This document shows, one piece after another, positions 41,560 to 51,754 of a stretch of 64,000 bases of DNA. This DNA is from an uncultured Bacteroidales bacterium. Its GTDB lineage: Bacteria; Bacteroidota; Bacteroidia; Bacteroidales; VadinHA17. The position numbers and the translations under genes were made by a program. The stretch is from assembly GCA_963725785.1 (NCBI GenBank), contig CAVRZV010000016.1:251171-315170 (forward strand). The letters run 5' to 3'. The notes beneath the pieces are model-generated. The model did no database searches, was not told the origin of the DNA, and saw only the letters and a list, made by a program, of their open reading frames with translations. Each line of letters opens with the position of its first letter. Position 1 is the stretch's first letter.

Positions 41560-44339
41560 TGAAAAAACTACTTATTTTATTATTTTTTGCAGTACTGACA
41601 ATTAATGCCGGGGCACAGGAGAAAAAGCTTTCTCTGCAGTTTGAACAGATTCTTTTCAGAGATCTTGCCGACACAATTGAAAAAAGGATTCCGGTAAGGA
41701 TCTACTTTTCGAACAATTGGGTAGACAGTCTTTATCTGAACATTAATTCTGAAAATGAATCTTTAGATGCTGTTTTAAATAAATCTGTAGCAAAAAGCGG
41801 TCTCTCTTTCATCATAACAGATGATAATAAGATCATTCTGTCGAAAGGATATACTATAAAAACAAACTTCAGGAAAGAGTATATCGAATACCTTGAAAAA
41901 AATCAGGCCAAAGCCGATACAACAAACTACGCCCGTACAGTTCCTAAGACCGAGGATAATTTAATTAATGATGAATATAAAGTATTTAAAATCGGTAATC
42001 CATCGGGTCAGACCATTGATGGGAAGGTTATTCTGTCAGGAACCATAACTCATCCGGAAACTGGTGAAGCTATTGCAGGAGTGGTAGTTTATGTCGGCAA
42101 ATTAAAAATTGGCGCAGTGACCAATAGCGTCGGCTATTATTCAATTGAGTTGCCAAACGGTCAGTACCAGGTTGAATTCAGGATGGTAGGTATGCGTCAG
42201 ACAGTAAGAAATATTATAATATATTCCAATGGAACGTTAAATGTCCAGATGACTGATAATACAAATCAGCTGAACGAAGTTATTGTTTCTGCAAACAGGG
42301 AAAACATTGTGAGGGATGTAAAGATGGGAGTTGAAAAGATCAATGTAAAGATGCTGAAACAAATTCCGATGGGTATGGGAGAAGTGGATGTATTTAAAAG
42401 TTCATTACTGTTGCCCGGAGTACAATCGGTAGGGGAAGCCTCCAATGGTTACAATATCAGGGGGGGCAGCGCCGATCAGAATCTAATCCTGTTAAATGGA
42501 GCGCCTGTAATAAATCCCTCCCATTTTTTTGGATTCTTCTCCTCATTTAACTCCGATATGATCGAAGACGTGACTCTTTATAAAAGTGGCATACCGGCGA
42601 AGTATGGAGGAAGGGTTTCATCAGTTATGGATATTGTTCTTAAGGAAGGAAGCAAACAAAAATTTAATGTCAGCGGAGGCTTCAGCCCCCTTACCGGACG
42701 ATTGATGATCGAGGGTCCGGTTATTAAAAATAAAGCATCGTTTATTATCAGTTCCCGCACAACTTATTCTGACTGGATCCTGAAACAACTTAAGAACGTT
42801 CAGTTGCAAAAGAGCAGTGCGAGCTTTTACGATATCCAGGGACTCCTGGTCTTTGATCCGGATGACAAAAACTTCTTTTCACTTTCAGGGTATTTAAGCA
42901 ATGATAATTTTGATTATTACAGGGAAAGCGCTATCAATTACAGGAATATTGCTGCCACACTAAAATGGAGGCATGTCTTTAGCCCGAAATTTTCTTCTCA
43001 ATTATCTGCGACAATTAGCAATTACGATTACCGGGATAATTCAAAACAGGATTCAACTTCGTATTACTCACTCTATTACAAATTAAATCAACAAATTCTC
43101 AGAGCAGATTTTACTTACCGCCCTTTTGACAAACATAAGTTTGATTTTGGTCTTGATGCTACCAGCTATTCTCTCCTTCCCGGAGTTCAGAAACCTGTTG
43201 GAGTTTATTCTGATATTCTTCCAAAAACACTTGAGAGTGAGAAGGCTCTGGAACCTTCGCTATATATTAGCGATGAATATGAAGTTTCACCCAGACTTGT
43301 ATTATCGGGCGGATTGCGGTTTACGATGTTTACAACATTCGGCCCGAGGTCACAAAACGTATATAAGCCCAATGGTCCAAGAACCCTTGAGAACATTATT
43401 GATACGATCTTTTACAGTAAAGGAAGCATTTTAAAATCGTATCCCGGGCTGGAATTCAGATTCTCATCCCGCTTTGTAATTACTCCTGATCTTTCCATCA
43501 AAGCCGGAATTCAGAGAAATTATCAATATCTGAATATGATATCGAATACAACTTCAATGACTCCCACTGATATCTGGAAGCTGAGTGATAATTATATAAA
43601 ACCCCAGAGAGGCGACCAACTCTCTTTTGGTATATATAAAAATATGAATAATAAAGCAGTTGAGCTGTCAGTCGAAGCCTATTATAAACGCCTGAATAAT
43701 GTTCTTGATTATAAAGGTGGTGCTGTACTGCTCATGAACGATCATCTGGAAACAGATATAATCAACGGGAATGGCAAAGCCTACGGGGTTGAACTTATGA
43801 TAAAGAAACAGCTTGGGATGCTCACGGGTTGGATCAGTTATACTTATTCAAGAGTACTTCTGAAAGTGAATGGTCAATTTGAAGAAGAAAAAGTTAACGG
43901 GGGACAATATTTTCCTGCAAATTATGATAAACCAAATGATCTCAAATTCGTAATGAACACAAAACTTTTCAGAAGATTTAATTTTACGACCAATTTTGTT
44001 TATAATACCGGCAGGCCTATCACTTACCCGGTAGCATACTATAATTTTCTGAATGTAACCCGGGTATTTTATTCAGAAAGGAACGAATTCCGTATCCCCG
44101 ATTATATGAGGCTCGATTTTGCTGCTACCATAAACGGTAACCTCAAGGCAAAAAAGCTCAATCATTCCTCATTTACATTTACCGTTTATAATGCCCTTGG
44201 CAGACGTAATCCTTACTCCATTTTCTTTAAAGCGGAGAACGGAGAAGTGAGAGGTTATCAGATGTCAATATTCGGACAGCCGATATTCATGGTTACATAC
44301 AACTTCAGGATTCTTGGGAATGCTTCAACCGATTTCTAG
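41559..44339 (+). CDS. TonB-dependent receptor with N-terminal STN-like and CarboxypepD_reg domains
   Basis: 926 aa. It has a signal peptide, an STN-like segment (LDAVLNKSVAKSGLSFIITDDNKIILSKG), a CarboxypepD_reg domain (ILSGTITHPETGEAIAGVVVYV), a plug and a beta-barrel ending in an aromatic residue (...STDF). Confidence 0.85.
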   Translation: MKKLLILLFFAVLTINAGAQEKKLSLQFEQILFRDLADTIEKRIPVRIYFSNNWVDSLYLNINSENESLDAVLNKSVAKSGLSFIITDDNKIILSKGYTIKTNFRKEYIEYLEKNQAKADTTNYARTVPKTEDNLINDEYKVFKIGNPSGQTIDGKVILSGTITHPETGEAIAGVVVYVGKLKIGAVTNSVGYYSIELPNGQYQVEFRMVGMRQTVRNIIIYSNGTLNVQMTDNTNQLNEVIVSANRENIVRDVKMGVEKINVKMLKQIPMGMGEVDVFKSSLLLPGVQSVGEASNGYNIRGGSADQNLILLNGAPVINPSHFFGFFSSFNSDMIEDVTLYKSGIPAKYGGRVSSVMDIVLKEGSKQKFNVSGGFSPLTGRLMIEGPVIKNKASFIISSRTTYSDWILKQLKNVQLQKSSASFYDIQGLLVFDPDDKNFFSLSGYLSNDNFDYYRESAINYRNIAATLKWRHVFSPKFSSQLSATISNYDYRDNSKQDSTSYYSLYYKLNQQILRADFTYRPFDKHKFDFGLDATSYSLLPGVQKPVGVYSDILPKTLESEKALEPSLYISDEYEVSPRLVLSGGLRFTMFTTFGPRSQNVYKPNGPRTLENIIDTIFYSKGSILKSYPGLEFRFSSRFVITPDLSIKAGIQRNYQYLNMISNTTSMTPTDIWKLSDNYIKPQRGDQLSFGIYKNMNNKAVELSVEAYYKRLNNVLDYKGGAVLLMNDHLETDIINGNGKAYGVELMIKKQLGMLTGWISYTYSRVLLKVNGQFEEEKVNGGQYFPANYDKPNDLKFVMNTKLFRRFNFTTNFVYNTGRPITYPVAYYNFLNVTRVFYSERNEFRIPDYMRLDFAATINGNLKAKKLNHSSFTFTVYNALGRRNPYSIFFKAENGEVRGYQMSIFGQPIFMVTYNFRILGNASTDF

Positions 44340-44342
44340 CTC

Positions 44343-44825
44343 TCAGAGCTCTTTCAGCATCCAGATATTACATCCAAAATGACCTGAATTTCCCATCGGG
44401 CCCTGAACAAATTTGAATCCGGCTTTTTCATAAAGACTAATTGCCCTGCTTAATTCAGGCAGTGATTCGAGATACAACTGTTGGTATCCGTACTTCCTGG
44501 CTGAATCAAAAGTTTTTTCCATTAGCTGCCATCCAATTCCTTTACCTCTCTGTGATGCTGACAGATAGAACTTAACAAGTTCAGCACACGCTTCAGGCAA
44601 ACCAGGAGTAGGATAAACACCACAACCACCAAGGATAACTCCGTTTTCTTCTGCAATCCAGTATTCTGATCCGGTTGCTCTGAATAGTCCAAACAGGTTG
44701 TCTGTAGTCGGATCAAAATATACAGTTCCTGGTTTGTGTATATTAAATTCCCGAAAGACCGTCCGGATAAGTTCCGCAATTTCCTTATTGTCTCTCTCTT
44801 CGATAAGCCTGAAAATAATTCCCAT
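44343..44825 (-). CDS. GNAT family N-acetyltransferase
   Basis: 160 aa with an acetyl-CoA binding motif (QRGKGIGWQLM). Confidence 0.85.
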   Translation of the reverse strand: MGIIFRLIEERDNKEIAELIRTVFREFNIHKPGTVYFDPTTDNLFGLFRATGSEYWIAEENGVILGGCGVYPTPGLPEACAELVKFYLSASQRGKGIGWQLMEKTFDSARKYGYQQLYLESLPELSRAISLYEKAGFKFVQGPMGNSGHFGCNIWMLKEL

Positions 44826-44839
44826 TTTATTGCATCTTA

Positions 44840-44952
44840 CTTAGTGTTCTTTGTGTTTTGCCCCCTGCTTCTTCGCTTCCTTTGGTTCCTTTGTGGTTGA
44901 TTGATTTCTTTTTACCCAAGAGACACTAAAGGATTCTCAAAGGTTACAAAGG
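44840..44952. repeat. degenerate member of the CTTTGTG/CACAAAG heptamer inverted-repeat family
   Basis: CTTAGTG at 44840, CTTTGTG at 44849, CTTTGGT at 44880 and CTTTGTG at 44889, facing CACTAAAG at 44924, CTCAAAG at 44936 and ACAAAGG at 44946. Confidence 0.55.
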
Positions 44953-44964
44953 ATAAAATTTGTT

Positions 44965-47637
44965 TTATAATGAGAACCAGTAATTCAATTTAATAAGAAA
45001 GATATTGTTGGGAAATATCCTCCTGAGTTGTTTATATGAATCTCCAATAGAAGCGTGTGAAGCATTTGTGCTACCTGACCTTTCTGATGACCAGACCAGA
45101 TAAATGAAGGATCCCAGCCTGTATTCCCATTTTGCCACCAGATTCGAACGGAACTCATGAAAGTTAAAATCGGGATTGTCGATTGAATAATCTATCCTGG
45201 GGCCATTAGTATAATCATATAATTGATATTTCCCGTCTGAGATAACAGGATCATTATAAAGTTCAAACCTGTCTCCATAAACTTTTGCAGAGGGATCTGT
45301 AATATGCTTAAACTGTGAATAACTACCCCTCGAGACAAACGGACTTCCATAATACTGTATTGAAAACTCCGGAGTAAGGTTCAGATCTATCCTGAAAGTC
45401 AGCCCAAAGGTTTTCTGCTCAATAGTACCGAGAATATACCTGTTGCCTGGTACGGAATAATTCGTGGTTACATACTGCAGATTATCACGATTATACATAT
45501 AATTTGCTGTAATTCCAATTTTGAGGTTATTTATCGGGCGGTAGGTTAGTCCCGGTTCAAGCTGATAATTAGTTGCAGAGTTATTTCCTTTATGTCCATA
45601 GCTGTAATTCACACTGCCAATCAATTTCTTTGACGGATCGGTGGCTGCTCTTCCGAAGGCTTCAAGTGAATTTGGCATTTCCATGTCATATCCGCCACGC
45701 AATATTTTGGTATCCAGTGATTTTGAGGAATATATCAGATTAGCAGCAAAGCTCCACTGGTTTTTGAATCCTGATGAAAAGGAGAGATGAGCTCCGGATC
45801 CAAGGTACTTTCCATCAAAGTTCCAGCTATTGAACTGCTCAAGGCTAATATCGTATGTAAGGAAGATCGAAACCGGCTGATTAATCATATAAGAAATCAC
45901 ATTCTCCTGATTTATCTGATCAGAAGTATTCATGTAACCCAGGTCATTTAGTTCCAGACCCGGAGAAAGCCAGTTAGCTCCTGTTGAATAACGCCATAAA
46001 CCTTTGGAACCTTTTCCGATCACAAACTTGCCTCCGTACCCGCTGAGTGCTGTAGCTAAAGTATCAAATTTCAAATAGCCTGCACCGGGTCGCTGATAAT
46101 ATCGTGCTGATGATTTCTGAAGCGCTGTAATAGCTTTCCTGTTACCATTTAAAAAGCTTCCGATAAGCCTGGCATCAATATAATACTCTTTATCTTTCCA
46201 GTGGGTCAGAAGATCAAGGCCACCGGTATATGCATTAGTGCTGAGAGATTCCAGATTTTTATCTTCGATATCCCGGTTTGTAGAGGTAATCATTCCTCCT
46301 ATTACCGTATTTCCCGCATTGTAACCCTTCTGAATACGTGCAACTGTGTAACTTGTGAGTGGTTCTACCTTAATACTGCTTCTGTTGCCATCATTATCGC
46401 TGAGCGTGGCAAATTCATTCGCAGTAACACTTTGTATCAATCCCACTGAAAGTCCCTTCGAGGTTGTTCCACTTAACTTCACCGCACTAAGGATTGAGGT
46501 TTTATCGGGAGAATTTACAAAAAGAACTTCGTTAGGGGTAACAGGTCTTGAGGGTGCATGACCAATCCTTCTTGAGTAAAACAGGCTCTGGTTATCAAAC
46601 GTGTAATCAAAAATAGTTAACCCTTCCATGAAGAAAGGTCTTTTTTCCTCATAAAATGTCTCAAATGCAGTGAGATTCATTACAGAAGGGTCAGACTCAA
46701 CCTGTCCGAAATCAGGATTGACAGTCAGGTCAACTGTGAAGTTGCTTGAGATTCCTATCTTTGCGTCAAGTCCGGCATTACCTCCCCACACTCTTCCCTT
46801 GTCGGCAAAAGGATTACCCGGTTCCCTTTTCATAGTTTTTAAGTCGCCGAGCATGTACGGCATTATTTCAAGACGATGTGATTTTTTCAGACCTTTTATA
46901 CCACGCAGCTCACCGAAATTATAAAGCATTCCCGGTCCTGTCTTACTTTGTATCTCCCAATCGCTTTCTTCCTGAAGTCGGGCAATCCATCGCCACACAT
47001 GCATTCCCCAGACCTGATCATCTTCACCGCTGTACCTCAATTGACTCAGAGGAATCTCATATTCAGCCACCCATGCAGAATCTTCTTTTCCCACTTTTGC
47101 CTTCCAGACGGGGTTCCAGTTGAAATCAGCGTTCATAGGGTTGAATAATATATTATCAACCTTCTGACCCCATGCGGTTATATTAAACTCGAACCCCGTC
47201 CGGTAATCGCGGTAGCTGTCAAAGTTAATACCCACTACATCTCCTACAAGTTCATCCCTTACACCGGCTAATCTGAGAATCTTTTTTGGCTCTCCATCAT
47301 ATGCACGAAAAGCAATATAAAGATTCTTGTCATCATACTGGAGATTTAATTCTGTAGGATATGTTGGTTTTGCTCCTTCATTTGGAATCCATTGTGTGAA
47401 ATTGCCTGCCCACGTCCCTTTTTTCCAGCATTCGTCATCAAGTTTTCCATCAATAACAGGTTTTGCGGTAACAAGTCGTGAAGCATCGTAAACAGGTTGC
47501 TTTGTGGAATTCTGTGTACGCACAGTGTCCTGAGGATTTACAGGTACCTCACCGGAAGATGATGAATATGACCTGATCGAAAGAAGAGTGAAGATAATAA
47601 GTGTTATAGTTCTGACAGGAGTCTGTGATAGATTCAT
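44965..47637 (-). CDS. CBM9-like / DUF5916-type outer-membrane protein
   Basis: The likely start is MNLSQTPVRT (47637). The N-terminus is carbohydrate-binding-family-9-like (IDGKLDDECWKK) and is followed by a large beta-rich region ending in an aromatic residue. Confidence 0.65.
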   Translation of the reverse strand: MNLSQTPVRTITLIIFTLLSIRSYSSSSGEVPVNPQDTVRTQNSTKQPVYDASRLVTAKPVIDGKLDDECWKKGTWAGNFTQWIPNEGAKPTYPTELNLQYDDKNLYIAFRAYDGEPKKILRLAGVRDELVGDVVGINFDSYRDYRTGFEFNITAWGQKVDNILFNPMNADFNWNPVWKAKVGKEDSAWVAEYEIPLSQLRYSGEDDQVWGMHVWRWIARLQEESDWEIQSKTGPGMLYNFGELRGIKGLKKSHRLEIMPYMLGDLKTMKREPGNPFADKGRVWGGNAGLDAKIGISSNFTVDLTVNPDFGQVESDPSVMNLTAFETFYEEKRPFFMEGLTIFDYTFDNQSLFYSRRIGHAPSRPVTPNEVLFVNSPDKTSILSAVKLSGTTSKGLSVGLIQSVTANEFATLSDNDGNRSSIKVEPLTSYTVARIQKGYNAGNTVIGGMITSTNRDIEDKNLESLSTNAYTGGLDLLTHWKDKEYYIDARLIGSFLNGNRKAITALQKSSARYYQRPGAGYLKFDTLATALSGYGGKFVIGKGSKGLWRYSTGANWLSPGLELNDLGYMNTSDQINQENVISYMINQPVSIFLTYDISLEQFNSWNFDGKYLGSGAHLSFSSGFKNQWSFAANLIYSSKSLDTKILRGGYDMEMPNSLEAFGRAATDPSKKLIGSVNYSYGHKGNNSATNYQLEPGLTYRPINNLKIGITANYMYNRDNLQYVTTNYSVPGNRYILGTIEQKTFGLTFRIDLNLTPEFSIQYYGSPFVSRGSYSQFKHITDPSAKVYGDRFELYNDPVISDGKYQLYDYTNGPRIDYSIDNPDFNFHEFRSNLVAKWEYRLGSFIYLVWSSERSGSTNASHASIGDSYKQLRRIFPNNIFLIKLNYWFSL

Positions 47638-47749
47638 TTTATAAAACAGTGAATGGTTAGTAAAAGCTATTGCTTTCAAAATTATTACAATAACTTATAA
47701 CCAAGAATATTTTGAAAAATAAATCTTCAATTATTCGGCTGAGAGTGTA

Positions 47750-48607
47750 CTAATTACCATCCCATCCGGCAAGCCTGGCCCAGAGCCACCATGCAGCATA
47801 GGCTTTTTGATTTGCATTCAAAGGCTGGCTGTGTGCTGATGAACATGTGTACCAGTCTATCCCCTGAGTATGGGCATTCTGCCATTCAATTGCCCAGTTG
47901 CCGTCGAGACTGCCATCACCGTTTGAATCATAATCACAGGCATCGTTAGGTTTCTTGTCACCAAAATAAACTCCATCGGGGTTATAACATTCTATATCAG
48001 CAAAATCAAATAATATCTTATTGTTGGTTTTGCAGTAATTTCTGATTTGTTCATTACGAAGATGAAGATTCCCGGTTAGTCCGGTACCATCAAGATGACC
48101 TGTCATATATACAAATTTGACATTCTTAAAATCATTTTCCAGAGCTGTCATAAGGTTAAGGTAAGTATTGATTTCCGACTCTGAAGCAGTAGATACTTCC
48201 CCGCACCACGACCAGATGATCACATTTACATCGGTATTGGAAGCTAAATAGGTTCTGGTCAATGCAGCCCAGGTTGTCCGGTCCGGAGCGCCAAGATCTC
48301 CACTCATGGCGTAATCATGAAGGTCCAGAGCGCCTCCCGTACCGCCGTTATTCCAATTATAAGCCGCCCCTTTGAAGCCAGCCAGTCCGGTCATTCCATC
48401 AGTTAACTGACTCCCGTGCGAAGTGTGTCCGTAAGCGATATGAAGATTCTGTTTAGCAGAAATAATCCACTGACCAGGAATAGCATTTATTCCGTTAGTA
48501 TTGTGATCAATTATCAGATCTTTTGATACAGCAGGATTATCTTGTTTATTACATCCGATTATCATTGCAACAAGTGACAAACAAGTTATTAAGATGAATT
48601 TTTTCAT
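47750..48607 (-). CDS. hypothetical lipoprotein
   Basis: 285 aa with a lipobox (MIIGC). I could not assign a family with confidence. Confidence 0.5.
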   Translation of the reverse strand: MKKFILITCLSLVAMIIGCNKQDNPAVSKDLIIDHNTNGINAIPGQWIISAKQNLHIAYGHTSHGSQLTDGMTGLAGFKGAAYNWNNGGTGGALDLHDYAMSGDLGAPDRTTWAALTRTYLASNTDVNVIIWSWCGEVSTASESEINTYLNLMTALENDFKNVKFVYMTGHLDGTGLTGNLHLRNEQIRNYCKTNNKILFDFADIECYNPDGVYFGDKKPNDACDYDSNGDGSLDGNWAIEWQNAHTQGIDWYTCSSAHSQPLNANQKAYAAWWLWARLAGWDGN

Positions 48608-48679
48608 GATAAATTCAATATTTGAGGTTCAGACCTCTTTTACGCAGGCTTTGATCGGAATGTTACATTGAAAAACTAT

Positions 48680-50026
48680 TTAATGAATATCTGATGCGCT
48701 CTGAATACCTTCCGCTACTTCAGGAATTATGCCCAGTTTAATATAGATTGGTCTTACAATCGTTCTGAGTTCAGGAAGTTTTCGTAAAAAGAAAAGAGCA
48801 CCTATAATGCAAGCTATACCACCTGTAAAGATTGTCCATGGTGTTCCGATAACCTTTGCCAATCCTCCTGCCATCAGGCTGCCGAACGGAGCTGTTCCCA
48901 TTATTGCCATTGTATAAAAGCTCATTACTCTTCCCCTTTTATCATCATCGGTTATTGTCTGAAGAATAGTATTGCTTGCAGCAGTTTGCATCATCATTCC
49001 AAGACCAATAAAGAGCATAAGCACCAATGAAAGGGAAAAGATCCTGGAAAATGATAATACAATCAGCCCGACTCCAAAAAGGATCGCTGAAGCAGGAACA
49101 ATTCTACCCAGTTTCAGAACTGATTCGCGCGAGGCCAGGAACAATGCCCCAAGGAGTGCACCAAACCCGGCAGCTCCCATAAGAAAACCATATGTGTTTG
49201 ATCCTCCATGCAGGATCTCTTTAGCAAAAACCGGCATCAGTACGGAATAGGACATACCCATCAGGCTTGAAATACTCAATAATATCAGGAGATGCCTGAT
49301 CGGTGCAAATCCAAATGCGTAACGAAGTCCTTCGCTAAGTTCATTTAATATCCGTTCATCCTTAATATGAGTTTCTTTAACATGTAACCTCATCATTAGC
49401 AAAGATATAATCACAAATATATAGCTAATGGCATTAATCAGAAAGCAGATACCTTCGCTTGTGGAAGCCAGCATTACACCAGCTATTGAAGGGCCAATTA
49501 GCCTGGCTCCGTTAAACATCAAAGAATTAAGAGCAATGGCATTACCCAGATCTTCCTTCTTCTCAACCATGTCTATTACAAATGAGTGCCGCGCTGGTAC
49601 ATCAAATGCGTTGATGCAACCAAGAATAATACTTAAAACTACTATGTGCCAGATTTGTATAACTCCCGTCAGACAAAGACCGGCGAGAACAGCTGCCTGA
49701 ACCAACGAAACGATCTGTGTAATAAGCAATACCCGATATCTGCTCCACCGGTCAGTAAGCACCCCTGCAACAGGTGAAAGCAGAAAAGTTGGTATCTGTC
49801 CCGCAAAACCCACAACTCCTAAAAGAAGCGTGGATCCGGTCATATGATAAACAAGCCATGGCAATGCAATCCTCTGCATCCATGTGCCGATAAGCGAAAT
49901 ACTTTGTCCGCTGAAAAAGAGCCTGTAATTCCTGTATTGAAGCGAACGGAATACTATTTTGAATCTGCCCCTGCCATTCCCGGGCCCATCCTTATTCATC
50001 AGTTTTTTCCATAAATGTAAGGACAT
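48680..50026 (-). CDS. MFS transporter (MFS_3 / EntS-like)
   Basis: About 12 TM segments, with FRSLQYRNYRLFFSGQSISLIGTWMQ typical of the family. The ATG at 50026 lies inside a palindrome, so the start may instead be M10 at 49999. Confidence 0.8.
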   Translation of the reverse strand: MSLHLWKKLMNKDGPGNGRGRFKIVFRSLQYRNYRLFFSGQSISLIGTWMQRIALPWLVYHMTGSTLLLGVVGFAGQIPTFLLSPVAGVLTDRWSRYRVLLITQIVSLVQAAVLAGLCLTGVIQIWHIVVLSIILGCINAFDVPARHSFVIDMVEKKEDLGNAIALNSLMFNGARLIGPSIAGVMLASTSEGICFLINAISYIFVIISLLMMRLHVKETHIKDERILNELSEGLRYAFGFAPIRHLLILLSISSLMGMSYSVLMPVFAKEILHGGSNTYGFLMGAAGFGALLGALFLASRESVLKLGRIVPASAILFGVGLIVLSFSRIFSLSLVLMLFIGLGMMMQTAASNTILQTITDDDKRGRVMSFYTMAIMGTAPFGSLMAGGLAKVIGTPWTIFTGGIACIIGALFFLRKLPELRTIVRPIYIKLGIIPEVAEGIQSASDIH

Positions 50027-50045
50027 GCCATGGCATGTCCCTACA
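50021..50045. repeat. CCATGG-centred 20-nt perfect palindrome plus CTACA (same family as 17403-17469)
   Basis: ggacatgccatggcatgtcc is flanked by tgtaag and ctaca, giving a near-perfect 30-nt palindrome. Confidence 0.85.
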
Positions 50046-50073
50046 ATTTCCCAAAAAAATTACAAAATATGTA

Positions 50074-51117
50074 TTATTTTTTTACAGGCGCTATATCCAG
50101 GATATTGAATGAATCGGGTTTGGTCGTCCTTCTTGGTCCGGGGTTATCTGCGGTTGCCGCAGGAGCCGGATTGAATTCTGCAGCAGGCATATAAATATGA
50201 TGAGATTTTGTGTCAAGAGCTAAGGTTCTTGCACCAGGCATTGTGGTGACATTTTCCAGAACATTGAAACTATCCTTATTTATTTCCTGCACAACTGTCA
50301 TGGTTCCGTCTCCATTTGAACTGTAAGCTCTCTTCATTCCAGGATCAAACTTCACACCGTCGCATCCGTTCCCAATCGGTAAATTTGCAACAACGTGGCC
50401 ATCAAGGGCATCAATAACTATCATCAGTTTGTTACTGCAAACTGTAAAAAGACGATGAGTCTCATTGTCCAGAGCCAGTCCGCTTGCTTCTTCGCCGGGA
50501 GCAATAGGCCAGGATTTCTCAACTTTGAGTGTTTTGACATCAATAACGGAGATCAGACTCTTGTCTTCGATATTCACATAAATTTTCCCATTGCCGTCTG
50601 AAGCCGGGAACTCCGGTTTCCCTTCCAGGGCAATTGTTCCGACTACAACATTTGTTGCCGCATCAAGAACAGTTGCATTAGCTGTCCTCCCGTTAAATAC
50701 AAATACTTTTTTCGAAAACTGATCATACATAATTGCATCAGGATTCTCTCCGGTTACCTTAACATCAATAATTGTTGCCAGTGTTTTCAGATCGATAACT
50801 TTTACTGAAGCGCTTCTGCCTACACTAATAAAAGCTTTGTTCAGATCCTGTGCAATTGCTATACCATGCACCCCTGGTGTCTCAGCAACTGTTCCCACAA
50901 GCTGTCCGGTTTTCAGATCAACAACCTGTACAACCGTTCCATGCGAGACGAATAATCTTCCCCCGGTTTCATCAACAGAAAGATAATCCCATCCGCCATC
51001 ACCCGGTAAATGGATTTTATTTACAATACTGTACTCTGATTTGGAATTCTGCCCCTGCAGGCTTAACCCAAATGCAAGGAGTAGCAAACTACTGAAAAAA
51101 ACCAAAGACGTTTTCAT
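50074..51117 (-). CDS. secreted YncE/YVTN-like beta-propeller repeat protein
   Basis: The likely start is MKTSLVFFSS. It has repeated ~40-aa blades with a ...V.VIDxxT... pattern. Confidence 0.65.
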   Translation of the reverse strand: MKTSLVFFSSLLLLAFGLSLQGQNSKSEYSIVNKIHLPGDGGWDYLSVDETGGRLFVSHGTVVQVVDLKTGQLVGTVAETPGVHGIAIAQDLNKAFISVGRSASVKVIDLKTLATIIDVKVTGENPDAIMYDQFSKKVFVFNGRTANATVLDAATNVVVGTIALEGKPEFPASDGNGKIYVNIEDKSLISVIDVKTLKVEKSWPIAPGEEASGLALDNETHRLFTVCSNKLMIVIDALDGHVVANLPIGNGCDGVKFDPGMKRAYSSNGDGTMTVVQEINKDSFNVLENVTTMPGARTLALDTKSHHIYMPAAEFNPAPAATADNPGPRRTTKPDSFNILDIAPVKK

Positions 51118-51223
51118 TTTTTCTCTTTTAGTATATATTTGGAAATAACTTAATTCTGACAAGAAAGTCGTTCAGATTATTCCTGCGAATAATAAGATGA
51201 AAACAATCTCTTAACAATTTTGT

Positions 51224-51667
51224 TTAAATAATCCCAAATAAAACAAGAAGAGTAATAATAAGTATTGTAAGGGCAGAAACACTTATTGGGAACCACACCG
51301 GGGCTATCCATGGTCGCGGAATCAGAAAAAGAACATCTATGGTGGTGAACCTGGGTGGCCATTTTATCAAAATATAAAGAGACAAGTAATAGAACAGATC
51401 CCAGAAAGCAAATGTCCACAGGAAGAATATACCTTTCTCTACCCAGGAAAAGCCAACCAGAAAAGCAATTACAGCAAGCATGATTATTGTTGCAGCTTCT
51501 CTGGACATCTCAATTTTCAGATAACGTTCCGGAAATTTTTCAATAGATTCCTTATTTGATTCCGAATCCAGCATCCCCAGGGCTTTTCTCAGGTAAACAA
51601 CTACGACACCTTCAAGATGCGCCATAGCAATTCCGAAAATCGCAAGTAATAATAATCTGGTTGTCAT
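51224..51667 (-). CDS. small membrane protein, unknown function
   Basis: 147 aa with about 4 TM segments. Confidence 0.45.
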   Translation of the reverse strand: MTTRLLLLAIFGIAMAHLEGVVVVYLRKALGMLDSESNKESIEKFPERYLKIEMSREAATIIMLAVIAFLVGFSWVEKGIFFLWTFAFWDLFYYLSLYILIKWPPRFTTIDVLFLIPRPWIAPVWFPISVSALTILIITLLVLFGII

Positions 51668-51754
51668 ATTTCTAAAAGTTACTTATGTGTAGATACAAAC
51701 GCATTGACCTCATTACAGAACAGCTTTTTATCCTGTAAAATTACATTATGTCCA

